NCBI RefSeq assembly: GCF_009914755.1
Contig: NC_060929.1
Origin: the human T2T-CHM13v2.0 reference genome, Homo sapiens
DNA: 64,000 nt
Reading direction: 5' to 3' (one strand)
The first letter of the stretch is position 1. The number at the start of each line of letters is the position of its first letter. Shown here piece after piece: positions 41,899 through 58,420 of the stretch. The position numbers were made by a program, and so were the translations under genes. The notes under the pieces are model-generated. The model worked only from the letters and a program-made list of their open reading frames with translations. It ran no database searches and was not told the origin of the DNA.

Positions 41899-44511
41899 AA
41901 AGAATTGTAACACACTAATATGTTCAAGTAGAGGTGAAAGGGAAGGAGTCTGGAAGAAACTGATGGTGTTTAAACAGCTTCACAAACAGATTACCAGTGT
42001 CCCAAGTGAAGATTAGAAGGCTTGCTTTCTGCAGGTGACTCAAGCCAGCCCAGATGACCAAAGGGACTCAATGGAGGAGTAAAGTTAAGGGCCTTCTGGC
42101 AGCATCGAGGGGAAGTGGCAATGTGGTGAGGTAAAAATCAGAGCCAACTGAAAAAGCCTTCAAGTCCTTCATTAGTACTCTAGGAAAATGTCCTTCTTTC
42201 TGCAAAATATGACCCAATGTTTGAGAACTTTCTCTGACACATGAATAGGGAAGAATAAATGAAGAAAATGAATTTACTATCTTCCTTTCGGTAACATTTT
42301 AATATTCATATTTATTCTAATTAACATCTGTGTTATAAAGACACATAGTTTGGGAAGTATATAATGTGTTTCAGTACAAACATCCAATTTTAATACTAAC
42401 CTCACATTTTAAATGTGTGTGTTTGTTGGGGGTAGAGATTACAATACATTGTTATAAACATAAGTATTAATGAAAGCCAACAAGTTTGAGTTAGGATATT
42501 TCAGTGAGAAAAAATATAAGTAAATAAAACACACAAAAAAATGCAAAACACACTGATGCCCATGCCTCTGCTTTGTCAGACGTGGATGAAATCCAAAACA
42601 CATACCTCGTTAAACATGAAATAGATTCCGCTGCGGATGAGGATCATTATTTAAGTGATTTTTAATACTGTAGCTCACATTAAATCCTTAAGATTTTACA
42701 GAACTAGAGCTGGTGTTACATGTTCAGAGCATGTAAGGTAACTGAAAATAGTGTTATAAAATAATATCTTCTATTTGATTTTCAGTTTCTGTTGCTAATT
42801 TTAATCTAGCAAGAATAATAAGATTGCACCTACATGTTTAGACAGCATCTACTAAAGTTAAAAACTGTTTTAGTATTTTATTTTTATATTACATTTTATT
42901 TTAATTCTCACAATAGCCTCAATTATAGTAGCACTATTGATTTTCTTTTTATAATTTACAAATGGCTATACCAAGACTCAGAGCTATTAAGAACTACCTT
43001 AGGTAACACAGTAGATGATGGAGCTATGTTAACATCCAAACCAACTTCAGAGACCATTGAAACTACCATTATCCATTGTGTGTTTATGATGTGCTTACTG
43101 GTTTGGAGGATTTCAGCATGATAGCTTATAAATTCTGGCGTAAAACTGATCCTCAACTATTTTATACTTCAAAGAGAGATTATACTATGATTAACAGAAT
43201 GGAATAAAGACAGTAACATCAGAAATAAGAATACTTTGTAGATTCAGAAAGTGTTTTCTTTCTCATCTCCTTTAAAAAACATAACTAACTGAATAGATGT
43301 CCATAATTTAAAATGATACAATGACATCTCTATAAAATTTATTTATACACATCCTAAAACCAGTACAAGTACAGGAAGTTAGGTTAGGCACTTAACAGTT
43401 ATAAATAGCATCAAGAAAGACAAAACAGGGAGAGAGAGGACAGAAAGTGAGAGAGAGATAATTTTAAGGAAGTAACTCTCATAAATTATGTAATTTTAAA
43501 ATATCAGTTAAGTTATACAACAGCACATATCTTTTTTTTTTAGCTATGAAAGTGGGTTTTCGTTGGGTAACCATATCATTGATTTTTATTTCCTTATCAA
43601 AATTGCTCTAAGTAGATTAGAAATCTTGAGACATGAGCTTGTAGTAATCTTGGTTTGGAGTGAATATTAATTGTTTAAACTCCGTGCTTTTCTTTTAAAT
43701 AAAAGTATTTTGGTTAGTTTAAGAGTCATGATAAAATCAAGTATATCTTATTTTGCATTACTATTAATATCACCCCTTGGCTTGTATGTCAACGTAGATT
43801 CACTAAAATGTCTTCTATTGCATACAAAGCAAGAGTTGTTCAAACTCTTTACAGTGTTTGAGCTAAATGTGTCTTATGTATATAATATTTTAAAATGTGT
43901 TTCCCTGTATTCCAACAATATAAGGTAAAATTTTTAATTAAACAGTAATTTTTTAAAATAGATATTACACTGTTACTATTTGAAGGGAAATTTGAAACAT
44001 TTTATGTATGGAAAATGGAAAGGTTTTATTAAAATAAATTGGTTATTAATACCTTGATGGAATCCTAGGCTTAAAACATTTGCAAGAAATGTCAATTCGG
44101 ATTTTTTGTAATTATCTGTTCTATTTTAATGTCATAACTGAAATGGATCTTACAAACCTCTTAAAGCAATGGTACATGATAACAATGAATGTTTTTAGAA
44201 TAATATTATTTCTAAGACACATTTGGAATGTGTACTTTCTCTCCTTATTAAGGAGAATGTTAAAAACAATTTTATATTTTAAATGTTGGCCCTAATTTGA
44301 TGCCTTATTTACAAGCATATTTACTCATGTTCTTATGGGCATGCTAATAAGGATTGTATGCACGTACTAAATAAATATATATTTTCCACTATTATCTCAA
44401 AAGTGTTCTCAGTGATAAACTGGCTATGTATATCTGATCTTGTCATTTTAGTTGTCTTAGCCATAGTTTTACTTTTTAACATCAGCCTGCTGAACTAATT
44501 AATATCTATGA

Positions 44512-44513
<2 letters not shown>

Positions 44514-44544
<31 letters not shown>

Positions 44545-44780
44545 GACCTGGCTCACTGCAGTCTCCGCATCCCAGGTTCAAACGATTCTCCTGTCTCAGC
44601 CTCTCCAGTGTCTGGGACTACAGGCACGAATCACCACCCTGGGCTAATTTTTGTATTTTTTAGCAGAGTTGGGGTTTTGCCATGCTGGCCAGGCTGGTCT
44701 TGACCTCCTGGCCTCAAGTAATCCACCGCCAGAGCCTCCCAAAGTGCTGGGATTACAGGCGTGAGCCCCTGTCCCCGGCT
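44514..44780 (-). mobile_element. Old Alu (J/Sz-like) lacking its last ~50 nt but with a pure 30-nt tail
   Basis: T30 directly abuts ggacctggctcactgca; the gagacggagtctcgctctgtcgcccaggctggagtgcagtgg segment is absent. Confidence 0.9.
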
Positions 44781-45370
44781 TCTACTGCCTTTCAAATCTA
44801 CAAAAATATCCTGAAGACAAGATGGTAGTTGCTCGTTGTCATGTGGGAAGTTTACATTGTTTGGTGATAAATATTTATCTTCGTGAAGAGCCACAAATCC
44901 TGAAGTAAGAGAAACAACAAATGAATATAAAATAAGCAAACCACAATTAAGAAAAGGATTATCTTTGAGGCTAACAGGAATCTAATTTATTCTTTGACTT
45001 ATTCGATTTTCTGTCTACATAGCTTAGCATGATCAAGTATATAACAGGAGTTTTGTGCCTGAATAAAGAAATGTATATTCTTTAAAATATTATATTCTTT
45101 ATAATTATTTATTAGAATTTATATTCTAATTCTAAATTATTTATTTCTAATATTTATCCTGAACACAGTAGCATTTCTTAATTTTTAATCAAATTGATAA
45201 ATGTACATAGTATCCAACAATAAATGGTATTCAAAGGCTATAAAAGTAGCCATGTCAAAACTGACCACATTCTACTTCCCAGCTCTGGTTCTTTGATAAT
45301 CACTCTCACCTTCTTTTATTTTCTTTTGGTGTTCACTTCATTTTTCTAAAGCTTGGTTTATTATTATTTC

Positions 45371-45707
<337 letters not shown>

Positions 45708-46199
45708 TAGCATTATCCATTACTTACTATAATATTAATAGTAAATGAAGAGTTACTTGTTTAATATTCTCCCTCCACTTTCTTTCCTTATTCTACTGAT
45801 ATTATTCTATTACTATTTTGTATTAAACCAGTCATCAATATTGCATATTATGAATATGTATATATTTTAAACAGCTGGTCCAGGAAGATTCTTTCTTATT
45901 TAATTAAAACTTTTCTCCTGGAGTTTATAATATCCTCCTTTTGTAGTTATCTTATTATACTCCTGTTTAAGTTCCTTTAACTACTGCAACAGATATATAA
46001 AAGACTTACTTAGATGTTATCTAAGAATTTAAAAGACCTGGATATTACATTAACTCCATTTATTTTCATAAAGATTTATCTCCTGGACTAGTCTCTCCAC
46101 AAGCTTGCTGTAAAATAGCCATATGAAGACTCTCATTGCTTCTATTTTCAAAGTTGTTTTTTTTTTCCTGAACCCCATGTCTTTTTTTTGTTGTTTTTT

Positions 46200-46960
46200 C
46201 CAAGAGATTTTTTTATAGGATGGATAGTTTAGATATAGAATTCTAGATCATAAATCTCTTTTTCTCAGATGTTTGAAGGGATTTCTTATTTTTTTTCTGA
46301 CTTTCTACTTTGCTGTTTATAGTCTGATTCCATTGTGATTCTTGATTTGTTATATATGATCCTTCATTTTTCCCCCTACATAAGAAGATCATAGGACGTG
46401 TATTTTTATTGTTTAGAAATATTAATGATGCTTTGAACTAACTATCCTTTTATTTCTTGCATATGGTAAATAGTGTGAACTTTTAATCTAAAATCTTGCT
46501 TTTCAATATTGAATTTGTTCTTATATTTTTTCTTTGAAAATATTCTCTCCATTGTCTTCTCTGGTTTCCAACTGTGCAACTTCCATTATTTGGATATTGA
46601 ACATTCTGGAATATACCCCATTAAAATATTTTTCTAATATTTTTATTTTTACTTCCTGAAACACTTTCTCAGTTTCATCTTTCATATTATAAGAACATTT
46701 AAATACATATTTTTAAATATCTTTCTTATTTTCCTTTATATATTTTTCTAGTTGTTATATTTCTCTTAACTTGCTAAGAACATTGCTTGCTTTCTCTTTT
46801 AAAATTTTCTTTAATTCCTAAATTGTCTGTTACCCTCCAATCTGCCAGACTCTCTTAGGCAGTTTCATTTATTTGTTTTGGTCTCTCTAACATTAAAGCC
46901 TTTCTTCAGGATATCTGACATCTCTGACTTTAACTCCCAAATTCATGCAATAAAAAGTCA
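46200..46960 (-). mobile_element. Ancient L1M fragment
   Basis: gatatagaattctag, agtctgattccattgtgattctt and similar antisense L1 motifs. Confidence 0.5.
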
Positions 46961-46975
46961 ACTGACAACATTGTA

Positions 46976-47013
46976 TGTGTGTTTGTGTGAGTGTGTGTGT
47001 GTGTGTGTGTGTG
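46976..47013. repeat. (TG)n microsatellite
   Basis: Seen directly. Confidence 0.9.
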
Positions 47014-47727
47014 GTCTTCTGAATGCTGGACTTCAATGAATGGTTACCTGGTGGATGAAATGCCAGGATTTTTTTTTTTTTTTCAAGAAATCCAGTAGTT
47101 GGAATGCATTTTTCTGGGACATCTCAGGTTCCATACAAAAACTTTTATAGCCACCTGCTTCATAAAGGTGGGTGGATATCTAGAAGCAGTGAGAGCTGGC
47201 AAACTTAATTTTCAGTATACTGACAACTAAACACAAAGACTGAGTTTGGAGACTAAACTAATTCCTATGCAAACTTTGCCTCAGACATGAGTCTCATTCT
47301 CATGTTCCATTCTACCTGGGATTTTTGAGTATTTAACCAGCATAATTCTTCAGATTTACTTTTGACTCATGTACTATTGGATCTTTTAAAAAGATTCTTG
47401 TTAACAGATAAGATTGTATTATAAGTTTATCACCAGATTCTCCCTCTTTCTAGAAAACAGAACCCTTTCTTATTTTTTGAGACTTTCTAGGAGTTTAATG
47501 TTGTTTCAGTTAGAATTCCTCTATAAAACAAATAGCACACTTAAAGTGGGTAAAAGGAGGAGAGTTGGAAAGAAGATCTCTCCACAATGGTGTGGGAAGG
47601 AACAATGTAGAGTAACCACAAGGGATCATAAAGTATTCCAATGGTTTGTGTATTAGGTCATTCTTACATTGCTATCAAGAAATACTTGAGACTGGATAAT
47701 TTATAAAGAAGAGGTTCAACTGGCCCA

Positions 47728-50078
<2,351 letters not shown>

Positions 50079-50855
50079 GCCATGGTTCTGCAAGCTACAC
50101 AGGAAGCATAGTGACATCTGCTTCTGAGAGGCCTCTGGAAGCTTACATTCATGATGGGAGGCCAAACCGGAGCTTTCATATCACACGGTAAAAGCAGCAG
50201 CAAGACAGCAAGCAGGGAGGTGCCACATACTTTTAAACAACCAGATCTCTCAAGGACTCACTATCACGAGGACGTCACCCAGGGGATGGTGCTAGCCCAT
50301 TCATGAGAAACCACCCCCATGATCCAATCACCTCCCGCCAGACCCCACCTCCGACACTGGGGATTACATTTCAGCATGAGATTTGAACAGAGACACGTAT
50401 GTAAACTATGTCAGTTGATGATAATACAGAACAATATTTATAAGCATGGAACTCTTAATATTATTAAGAATGACATTGGAAAGTTATATTTTCTAAATAT
50501 CTTTGTAACTAAAAAACTGTTTTTCTAGATTGTTAACTCCATGTAAATCCATTACTATTCCCAAATATTTATTACTGATATTGTACATACCTACACATTA
50601 GTATGGATTCTGATAGAGACCAAGTCTCTATTTCATTTAGATATGGTCCATTCTAAGAATACACAGTATGTCCTGGAGCATTTAAACATATCATATGGTT
50701 TTCATGGGAAAAAAATATTTGGAGCTGATCTTCATATTTCCATGTTAGAACTAAGTGTATTGAAACACACAATCTAAGGAACTACTTAGGTGAGTTTTCC
50801 AAGACCAAATACTAGTGTCAGGGTAACTATTTGAGCTACAGTTTTTTCAATAACT

Positions 50856-51371
50856 GTTGGGATAGGCAAAATTTCTAACTGGTCCTGTGAAATTTTTATT
50901 CCCGGTGCGTATTCTCTGTATAGTATCCTCCCTTTGAGTGCAGAAAGAACCTGTAAATATAATGGAATATCATTCCTCTACTCAAGTTACTAAACAGTTG
51001 ACTTTAATTTTATCAAAATGGACATTATCCAGGTGAGTCTGACATAATCAGGTAAGTCTTTAAAGAGTACGGACACCCACCTGAAGTCAGTTTGCGGCTG
51101 ATTATGAAGACACGCCCTCTAGGGATTCCACAGTTACATGTGAGGAAGTAAATCTGTCAAGAGCCACAGGAGCCTGGAAAAGAACCCTGGGCCTAAAATG
51201 AAATCACACCCCAGCCTGACACATCAATTTCAGCCTGGTGAGGCCTGGAGGGAAGGACTAAGCTAACCCATATCTGGGCTCCTTATTATTGGAAACTGTG
51301 ACAATAAACTTGTATTTTTTAAACTTTTAAGTCTCTAGCATTTGTTGAGTAGCCAAAGAAAACTGATGCAC
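50856..51371 (+). mobile_element. MLT1E-like LTR
   Basis: ctccctttgagtgcagaaagaacctgtaaatataatggaatatcattcc...attatccaggtgagtctgacataatcagg...atttgttgagtagccaaagaaaactgatgca. Confidence 0.75.
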
Positions 51372-52560
51372 TAAGCACAAAAAACAAAGCTGGAGGCATC
51401 ATCACATGACGTGACTTCAAACTATACTACAAGACTACAGTAAAACTCTGGAAGATAACCTGGGAAATACTGTTTTGGCCGTAGGACCTGGCAATGATTT
51501 CATGATGAAGATGCCAAAAGCCATTACATCAAAAACAGGAATTGAAAAATGCGACCCAATTAAACTTGAGAGCTTCCATACACCAAAAGAAGCTATTGAC
51601 TGAGTAAACAGAAAACCTATGGAATGGGAAAAATATTTGCAAACCATGCATCTGACAAAGGTGTAATATCTAGCATCTATAAGGAACTTAAACAAATTTA
51701 CAAGAAAATACCAAACAACCTCATTAAAAAGTGGACAAAGGACATGAAGAGACATTTTCAAAAGAAAACATACATGCAGCTAACAAGCATATGAAAAAAT
51801 GCTCAACATACTAATCATTAGAGAAATGCAATCAATACCACAATGAGATACCTTCTCACACCATTCAGAATGGCCACTACTAAATGTCAGAAAAATAACA
51901 GATTCTGTATTGTGGAGAAAAAAGAATGCTTATACACTGCTGATGGGAATGTAAATTAGTTCAGCCACTGTGGAAAGGAGTTTGGTGATTTTTCAAAGAA
52001 CTTAAAATAGAATTACCGTTCATCTCAACAATCCCATTATTAGGTGTATACCCAAAGGAAAATAAACTGTTCTACCATAAAGACACATGCATGTGTACGT
52101 TCATTGCAGCACTAATCACAATAGTGAAGACGTGGAATCAATCTTCATGCCCATCAACAGTAGACTGAATTAAAAAATGTGGTACATATACATAATAGAA
52201 TACTATGCAGCTATGAAAAAGAATGAGATCATGTTCTTTGTAGCAACATGGATAGAGCTGGAAGCCATTATCTTAAGCAAACTAAAACAGGAACGGAAAA
52301 CCGAATACTGCATATTCTCACTTATGAGTGGGAGTTAAACTTTGAATACATGTGGACACAAAGAGAAGGGAACAATAGTCACTGGGGCCTACTTAAGGGT
52401 GGAGGCTGGGAGAAGGGTGAAGATAGAGAAACTACCTATCAGGTGTAATGCTTATTACCTGGGTGACAAAATGATATATACACCAAACCCCCACAACACT
52501 CAAATTACATATATAAAAAAACCTGCACGTGTACCCCGAATGTAAAATAAAAGTTTAAAA
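51372..52560 (+). mobile_element. L1PA13-16-like 5'-truncated L1 with a ~270-bp internal deletion
   Basis: ORF2 3' end and 3'UTR; degenerate TSD aaagaaaactgatgca / aaagaaaatgatgtgca. Confidence 0.9.
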
Positions 52561-52779
52561 AAGAAAATGATGTGCAAGTCTAGATAGCTCTCATTCTATG
52601 ATAATTCAGTGCTTCCTATATGTCATTTTTTGTAAATATTCAATTCTTCTGACACATATCTAGATAGATTTGTATACAATAATGTAAAATAATTTTCTAT
52701 AGCTAATCAGTTTCTATTTATCTAGATTGCAAGTAACACCTTTGAACACAAAATATCAAATAACTCATTAATTTTCTTA

Positions 52780-53773
52780 AGTTTATCTTATTTTTAATTG
52801 ACACATAATATCTGTGCAACATGTGCCATGTTGATACATGTATACATTGTATAATCATCAAATCATGGTGGTTAGCAAATCCATCAGCTCAACCATTTAA
52901 CATTTCTTTGTAGTGAGAACATTCAAAGTCCTTTTTTCTAGCTATTTTGAAATATGCAATACACTATTATTAACAAAGAAGTCACCCTACTGTCCAATAG
53001 AACATTAGAGCTTGTTCCTCCTATCTAACTGTAACTTTTAACCATTGACCAACCTCTTCCTGCCCTCCTTTCCCCTTTTCCTTCCAGCCTCTGCTAAGCA
53101 CCTTTCTATTCTATACTTCTATGAAATCAGCTTTTAAGATTTTACATAGGAGGGAGATGATGAGGTATTTGTCTGTCCGGCTTATTTCACTTAACATAAT
53201 GTTCTCTAGATTCATCCATTGTGTCACAAATGACAGGATTTCATTCTTTTTTAATGGAGAAATAGCATTCTATTGTGTATATATACCACATTTTCTTTAT
53301 GTATTTGTTGCTGAATACTTAGGTTGATGTCATATCTTGGTTTGAGGGAATAATGCTGTAATAAATATGGGAGTCTAGATATCTCTTCAGCACACTGATT
53401 TCATTTTCTTTGAATATATACCCAGTAGTAGGATTGCTGGATTATATAGTATTCTATTTTTAAGTTTTTGTGGAACCTCCACACTGTTTCCATAGTAGCT
53501 GTACTACTTGGCATTCCACTAACAATGTGTAAGGGCTCTCCACATCACTGCAACACTTGTTATCTTTTGTCATTTTAATAGGCATTCTAACTGGAATAAA
53601 ATGACATCTTATTGTGGTTTTGATTTGCATTTCCCTGATGATGTTCAGCATCTATTCATAAACCGATTGGCCAATGTCAAGAAGAATTTCCCGTATGTTT
53701 TCTCCTAGTAGTTTCACAGTTTCATGTCTTACATTTAAGTCTTTACTCCATTTTTAGTCAATTTTTGCATAAC
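52780..53773 (-). mobile_element. L1MA-like 3' end
   Basis: tttttaattgacacataat...gtgagaacattcaaagtcc...cttattgtggttttgatttgcatttccctgatg. Confidence 0.88.
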
Positions 53774-54611
53774 TTACTGATTTTAGAAGTGCTCTGTACG
53801 GGACTATTGCCTAAGATGTGGAAGCTCAAACAATCAGCCGGCTTCCTACCGGTAACATTAGAGCATTCACTTTCCATATAAAAGTGCAAGATGACAAATA
53901 TAGATCTAGAAAAACAAACTTTATTTTATTCCCATGAAAGGTATACTCTGTGGCATGCATTTATTTGTACATACCTACACATTAGTATGCATTCTCTGAA
54001 TATAGTAATGTATAAAATAAGTTTACATAAACACAGTTTTTTGAGGCTTTTTTCTCTGGCCTGACTTCTAACTAAACACCCCCCACCATGAACACTATTA
54101 AAGTGTGATGGAAAGCTAATGTTCAGCTGAAGTAAAGATAACTTAAAGTATACCATTCTTATAGCCTTATTGATGTCAATGAAAGACTGAAAATGTTTTC
54201 TGCAAGTGTGAATTTTAAAACATATTTACATGTACCTATAAATCAAGTTACTATAGTTTTTCTGAAAAAAAGGAAAAAAAACTGAATTTTAATTTACATG
54301 AATATAACAGAATTGATGGGGGGAAAAAACTATTTCACCAAGGTGAAAAAACTACTTAAGACAAATAATGAAGGAGGAAGAAACAAGGGAAAGCAAAATG
54401 TGAGGATAATTTTAAACACGGATCTATACACACAGTTTTATAAAATATCACGACAGCTTAAAAGGAAGACATTCAATGATTGTGGTTTTCTTGTTGTTAT
54501 TGTTCTGTATTGACTGCATCCTGACACTGCTTGTGCTTTTCGTGTTAACCTGAACAAAGTGTCTGAAGCACATTTACTATTAAATAGTGGGATGTAATGA
54601 AGTGCTTTATA

Positions 54612-55680
54612 TAGGTTTTTAATTTCAATTTGTAAAAAAGTTTAAAGATACAGAAAATTTGAAAGAATTATACAATATATTCTGGTACATACTCTCTCTC
54701 TCTCTCTCTCTTTCTTTGCATGTTTTAAAATTAAAGTTGCAGTCATCAAGACTCCTTGTCCCCAAATACTTCAGCAGGCATCTCCTAAGAACAGTGGTAA
54801 TATACCATTACTATATCCCAAATATTTATTACTGATATGGTATTATAATATTACCTAATGTATAAGTACATAATCAAGTTTTCCTAATTGTACCCAAGAT
54901 GTCCTTCATAGCTTTTTTTCAAATCTAGAGACCAATTAAAAATCATATATGGTACTGAGGTTTTACGCTTCTTTAGTCTCCTTAATCAGAGCATTTTCCT
55001 GTCTGTGTTTATGTTTTAGATTATTGACATATTTGAGTAATCTGGGTGAGTTGTTTACTAGTATCTTCCACTATTAGTATTTTCTAATAATTGTTTTGAT
55101 ACAACTCAGTGTTTTGTTTTGTTTTTGCAAGAATGCTGTAGAACTTGTGTTTTTAATATCCATTCCATGGTTAAATCAGTAAATATTGTCATTTTCCCAA
55201 AATGAATTACTTGATTCAGGTGGTTTCTGTGAAAACACTCCATTACCAAGGTACGCCTTTCCCTTGATTAATAAGAAGCATTAGTTACTACTTGGGTGAT
55301 GCAAGCCTCAACAACATGTAATTTGTCCATGTAACAAACCTGCACACGTACACCGTGAAACTAAAATAAAGGTGGAAAAAACAAATAAATAAAATAAATG
55401 CTCTTCAGCTGTTCAGGGAGGATTAAAAAGCACTGGTCTAAAATGAAAACATAGGGGTAGGTTGGGGGTGGACAGGTAATGGTTGGTATGAATCTCTGGA
55501 CCTCTAGACCTCCTTTCCCCACAAACTTTCCCCACAATTATTTTGACAAGGACTGAGGATCCTTGTCAAAGTTAATTATTTCATTGAGAATTTAAAATGG
55601 CTGTTTTCTGTGTTATAACTTCTTTCACATTTATTGGGAAGTTCAGTTAAAAGATCCTTACATTAATTCTCTCTCTCTTT
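54612..55680 (-). mobile_element. L1MC4/5-like 3' end, interrupted by a short L1 tail at 55287-55398 (+)
   Basis: aagttgcagtcatca...ccccaaatacttcagcaggcatctcctaagaac...ttttcctaattgtacc; nested tgtaacaaacctgcacacgtac...aaataaa. Confidence 0.7.
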
Positions 55681-58089
55681 AAAACTCTCATTTAAAAATC
55701 CATTAATGTAATTCACCATATTAATTGATATAAAAAGAGAAAAATAATATGATCACCCCATAACTGCTAAAAAGACCTTCCTTTAACAAAATTTAATACC
55801 CATTCCCTAATAAGATAAAAATTAATGAATACTTTCTTAATATGATAACATATATTAAACTAGAAAGAACTTAGACTATTACACTTAGAAGATCTGGTTT
55901 CAGTGTCAGAAGGCTCTGAATTGGCTCCAGTCCCAAAATTTACTTTCTCTGTGACTTTCTGTACCTCAATTACTTCATCCATGAGTTGAGTTAATAGAGT
56001 TTGGCCCATTACATGGTGCATAGGTAATATTCCATAAATACTAACCAATATAATTCCTTTAGGTATAATTACTATTTTTTTCTTCAGTAATTACTTAACA
56101 GAAGGCATAATAATAAAGTGCTTGATCAAATTAATAATCTTCATTTTCACGTAAAAATATTTCACAAAGATAATTATACTTTTTGAAATATAACAGTAAA
56201 CAATGCATTGAGAGATTTTAAAACTCCATCTCAAACCCTCCTTGAGCAAGGAATACCTGGCTTTCCTTTGAAAAATAGGAATTGAGAAAGGAATACGAAT
56301 AGGAATAGGAATTGGCTCAAATCTGAGCCTTGGACACAGACTGGAGTTGCTGCAGCTGGGTTTCCGTTTACACTGCCAGGGTATGGCTTAAGACTTGATT
56401 ATACACCTCCTGCTTCACTAAGATGGTAAATAGGGAAAAGCAGTGCAAAGATGGTAATGGAGTAGAAATGGACATTCTGGTGCCCTGTGGAATTCACACA
56501 TAATGATGGAGGGAAATGTTCTAGGAGTCATTAGAATCTTCTGTTTTGTGGCCAGGAGTGACTTTATGAGAAGACTGCTGTTGGGACTGGGGACATTTTA
56601 TCTTTTTCTTTCTGGTCATCTATGCAGAAAAGGGGTCTCTTTTCTTTCATAGATGCTTTATGCTACAATATGAAAATCACATAAGGTAACTTTATTTTAA
56701 AGTGAAAAATTTATTAGTTAATAGTAAAAGAAAAACGTAAAGAAATGTTGTATAAATAGTATAATGAAAGCTATACCCTTATTACTTACATTAAAATAAT
56801 GCTATCAATTAGCAGTTTTTAGAAGTAGAATTAAAATTAACATGCTACATTTAGTTGTTTTATCACTTTTTCCAAATTGTTTTTATTTGCAAGTAATGTG
56901 AAAATAATAAAATATAGATGTAAGTGTCTAGTTTGATGGGTTTTGGCAAATGCATATCCTCATGTAATCTAAGCCCTAAAAATAAAGGACATTTAAATCA
57001 TCCCAGCCAGTTCCTTGGTTTCCACCATTATAGCTGGACTTTATTAAGCTTTATACAGAGAACTCACTACATGCATTTATTAAATGACCAGTTTGTTTTT
57101 TTTTTTCATTTTTTTATTCACACATTAATTTCATCTGAGACTAGGAGACAGTTTATTTTTTTTTTTCTTCAAAAACTTTAACCTATTTTTTTCTATTATA
57201 CCAGCTAGGAACTTATATAATATTTATACAAGTTGAGATAGTGGTTGTGCTTTTCTTCATAATGATATCACAAAGAAAGCATTCAATATTCACTATTGAA
57301 TGAGATAATAGTTGTTTAATTTTGGTAGATATTCTTACACAAGCAATAGCTTTTACTTATGTTTTGCTGACATTTGTTATCCATAGCTAGTTATGGTATT
57401 TGATAAAATATTCAATTATTTTATCAAAATTAAAAAATTTATCCCACAAGATGATGATGGTCTTTTTATTCCATTTTCTTGTTAATGTGACTAGTTATAG
57501 TGATATTCAATAGAAAATTTTGCCTTACAAAATAAATCACATTATTTGATTTGTATGTAACCAGATCTTATCTGCTATTTTGTATAGAATGTTTATATCT
57601 ATTTTCATTATAGCGATTGGCCTGTACTTGTCTTTCTTGTACTATCCTTTGTAGATGTTAGTATCAAGCTTAACTTTACCTCATACAATGAATAAAAAAG
57701 TGTACCCTCTTTCTCTGCATTCTGAAAGAATCTGTAAGACTCATCATTTCATTCCTAAATATTTTGAAAAATTACCAGTTAGCCCGTTTCTTCCTGGAAT
57801 TTTCTTTGTTGGATAATCTGAATTTAAAACAGAAATATGTTATTTGCAGATAAAAACTATTCAGATAGTCTTATGTCAGGATTGATAAATTATGTTTCAA
57901 CAAGTGTTCCATTCATGTAGGCTTTAAAAATAACTGACATAAAGTTGCACATATATATTGTTGCTATTCTATTAATTCTATTATTAGTTGCAGGATCTAT
58001 AATAAAACCCCCTTTTAATTCATAAGATTATTTTTTCTTTGTTAACGTTCAGCAAAATTCTAAAAACTAAAAAGGGGAATGATGGCATA

Positions 58090-58420
58090 GAGCTACTAAG
58101 TCAGGCCAGAAATCCTGCCAATGAACTTTATTTCATGGTAGGGCCCAGAGAACATTCTGTTTACCAAAAGGTGTGTGATGAGCTGGTGAGAAGGGTAGCA
58201 CCATCTTTAATTCTCTAATCCCAGGGTTGTGGCAGGAAATCATGTCAGTATTAAAGATTTAAAAATCCAATAGTGGTTCATGACCCCACTTAATTTACTA
58301 GTCAAATTTCTAAAAAACAGCAGGATTAACAGTAGACTATTACAAAATTACTAATAAGTAGCCCCACTGTTGTTATGATGCAGATATTGTATTTTTGCTA
58401 GACCAGGTTAATATGACTTT
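58090..58420 (+). mobile_element. ERVL/MLT internal pol (RT) remnant
   Basis: Decayed equivalent of SPFNSP...MTVDY.KL...PD.V.LL.Q.N (ccccacttaatttac...acagtagactattacaaa...cagatattgtatttttgctagaccaggttaat). Confidence 0.55.

Noticed and set aside
42834-43156. Opposing 95-aa and 66-aa ORFs in unique DNA
   Set aside because: No recognisable domain and no convincing splice context.
50720-50850. More 8-10-mer matches to the 53.8-55.0 kb donor zone
   Set aside because: Expected by chance in AT-rich DNA; the segment also looks MIR-like.
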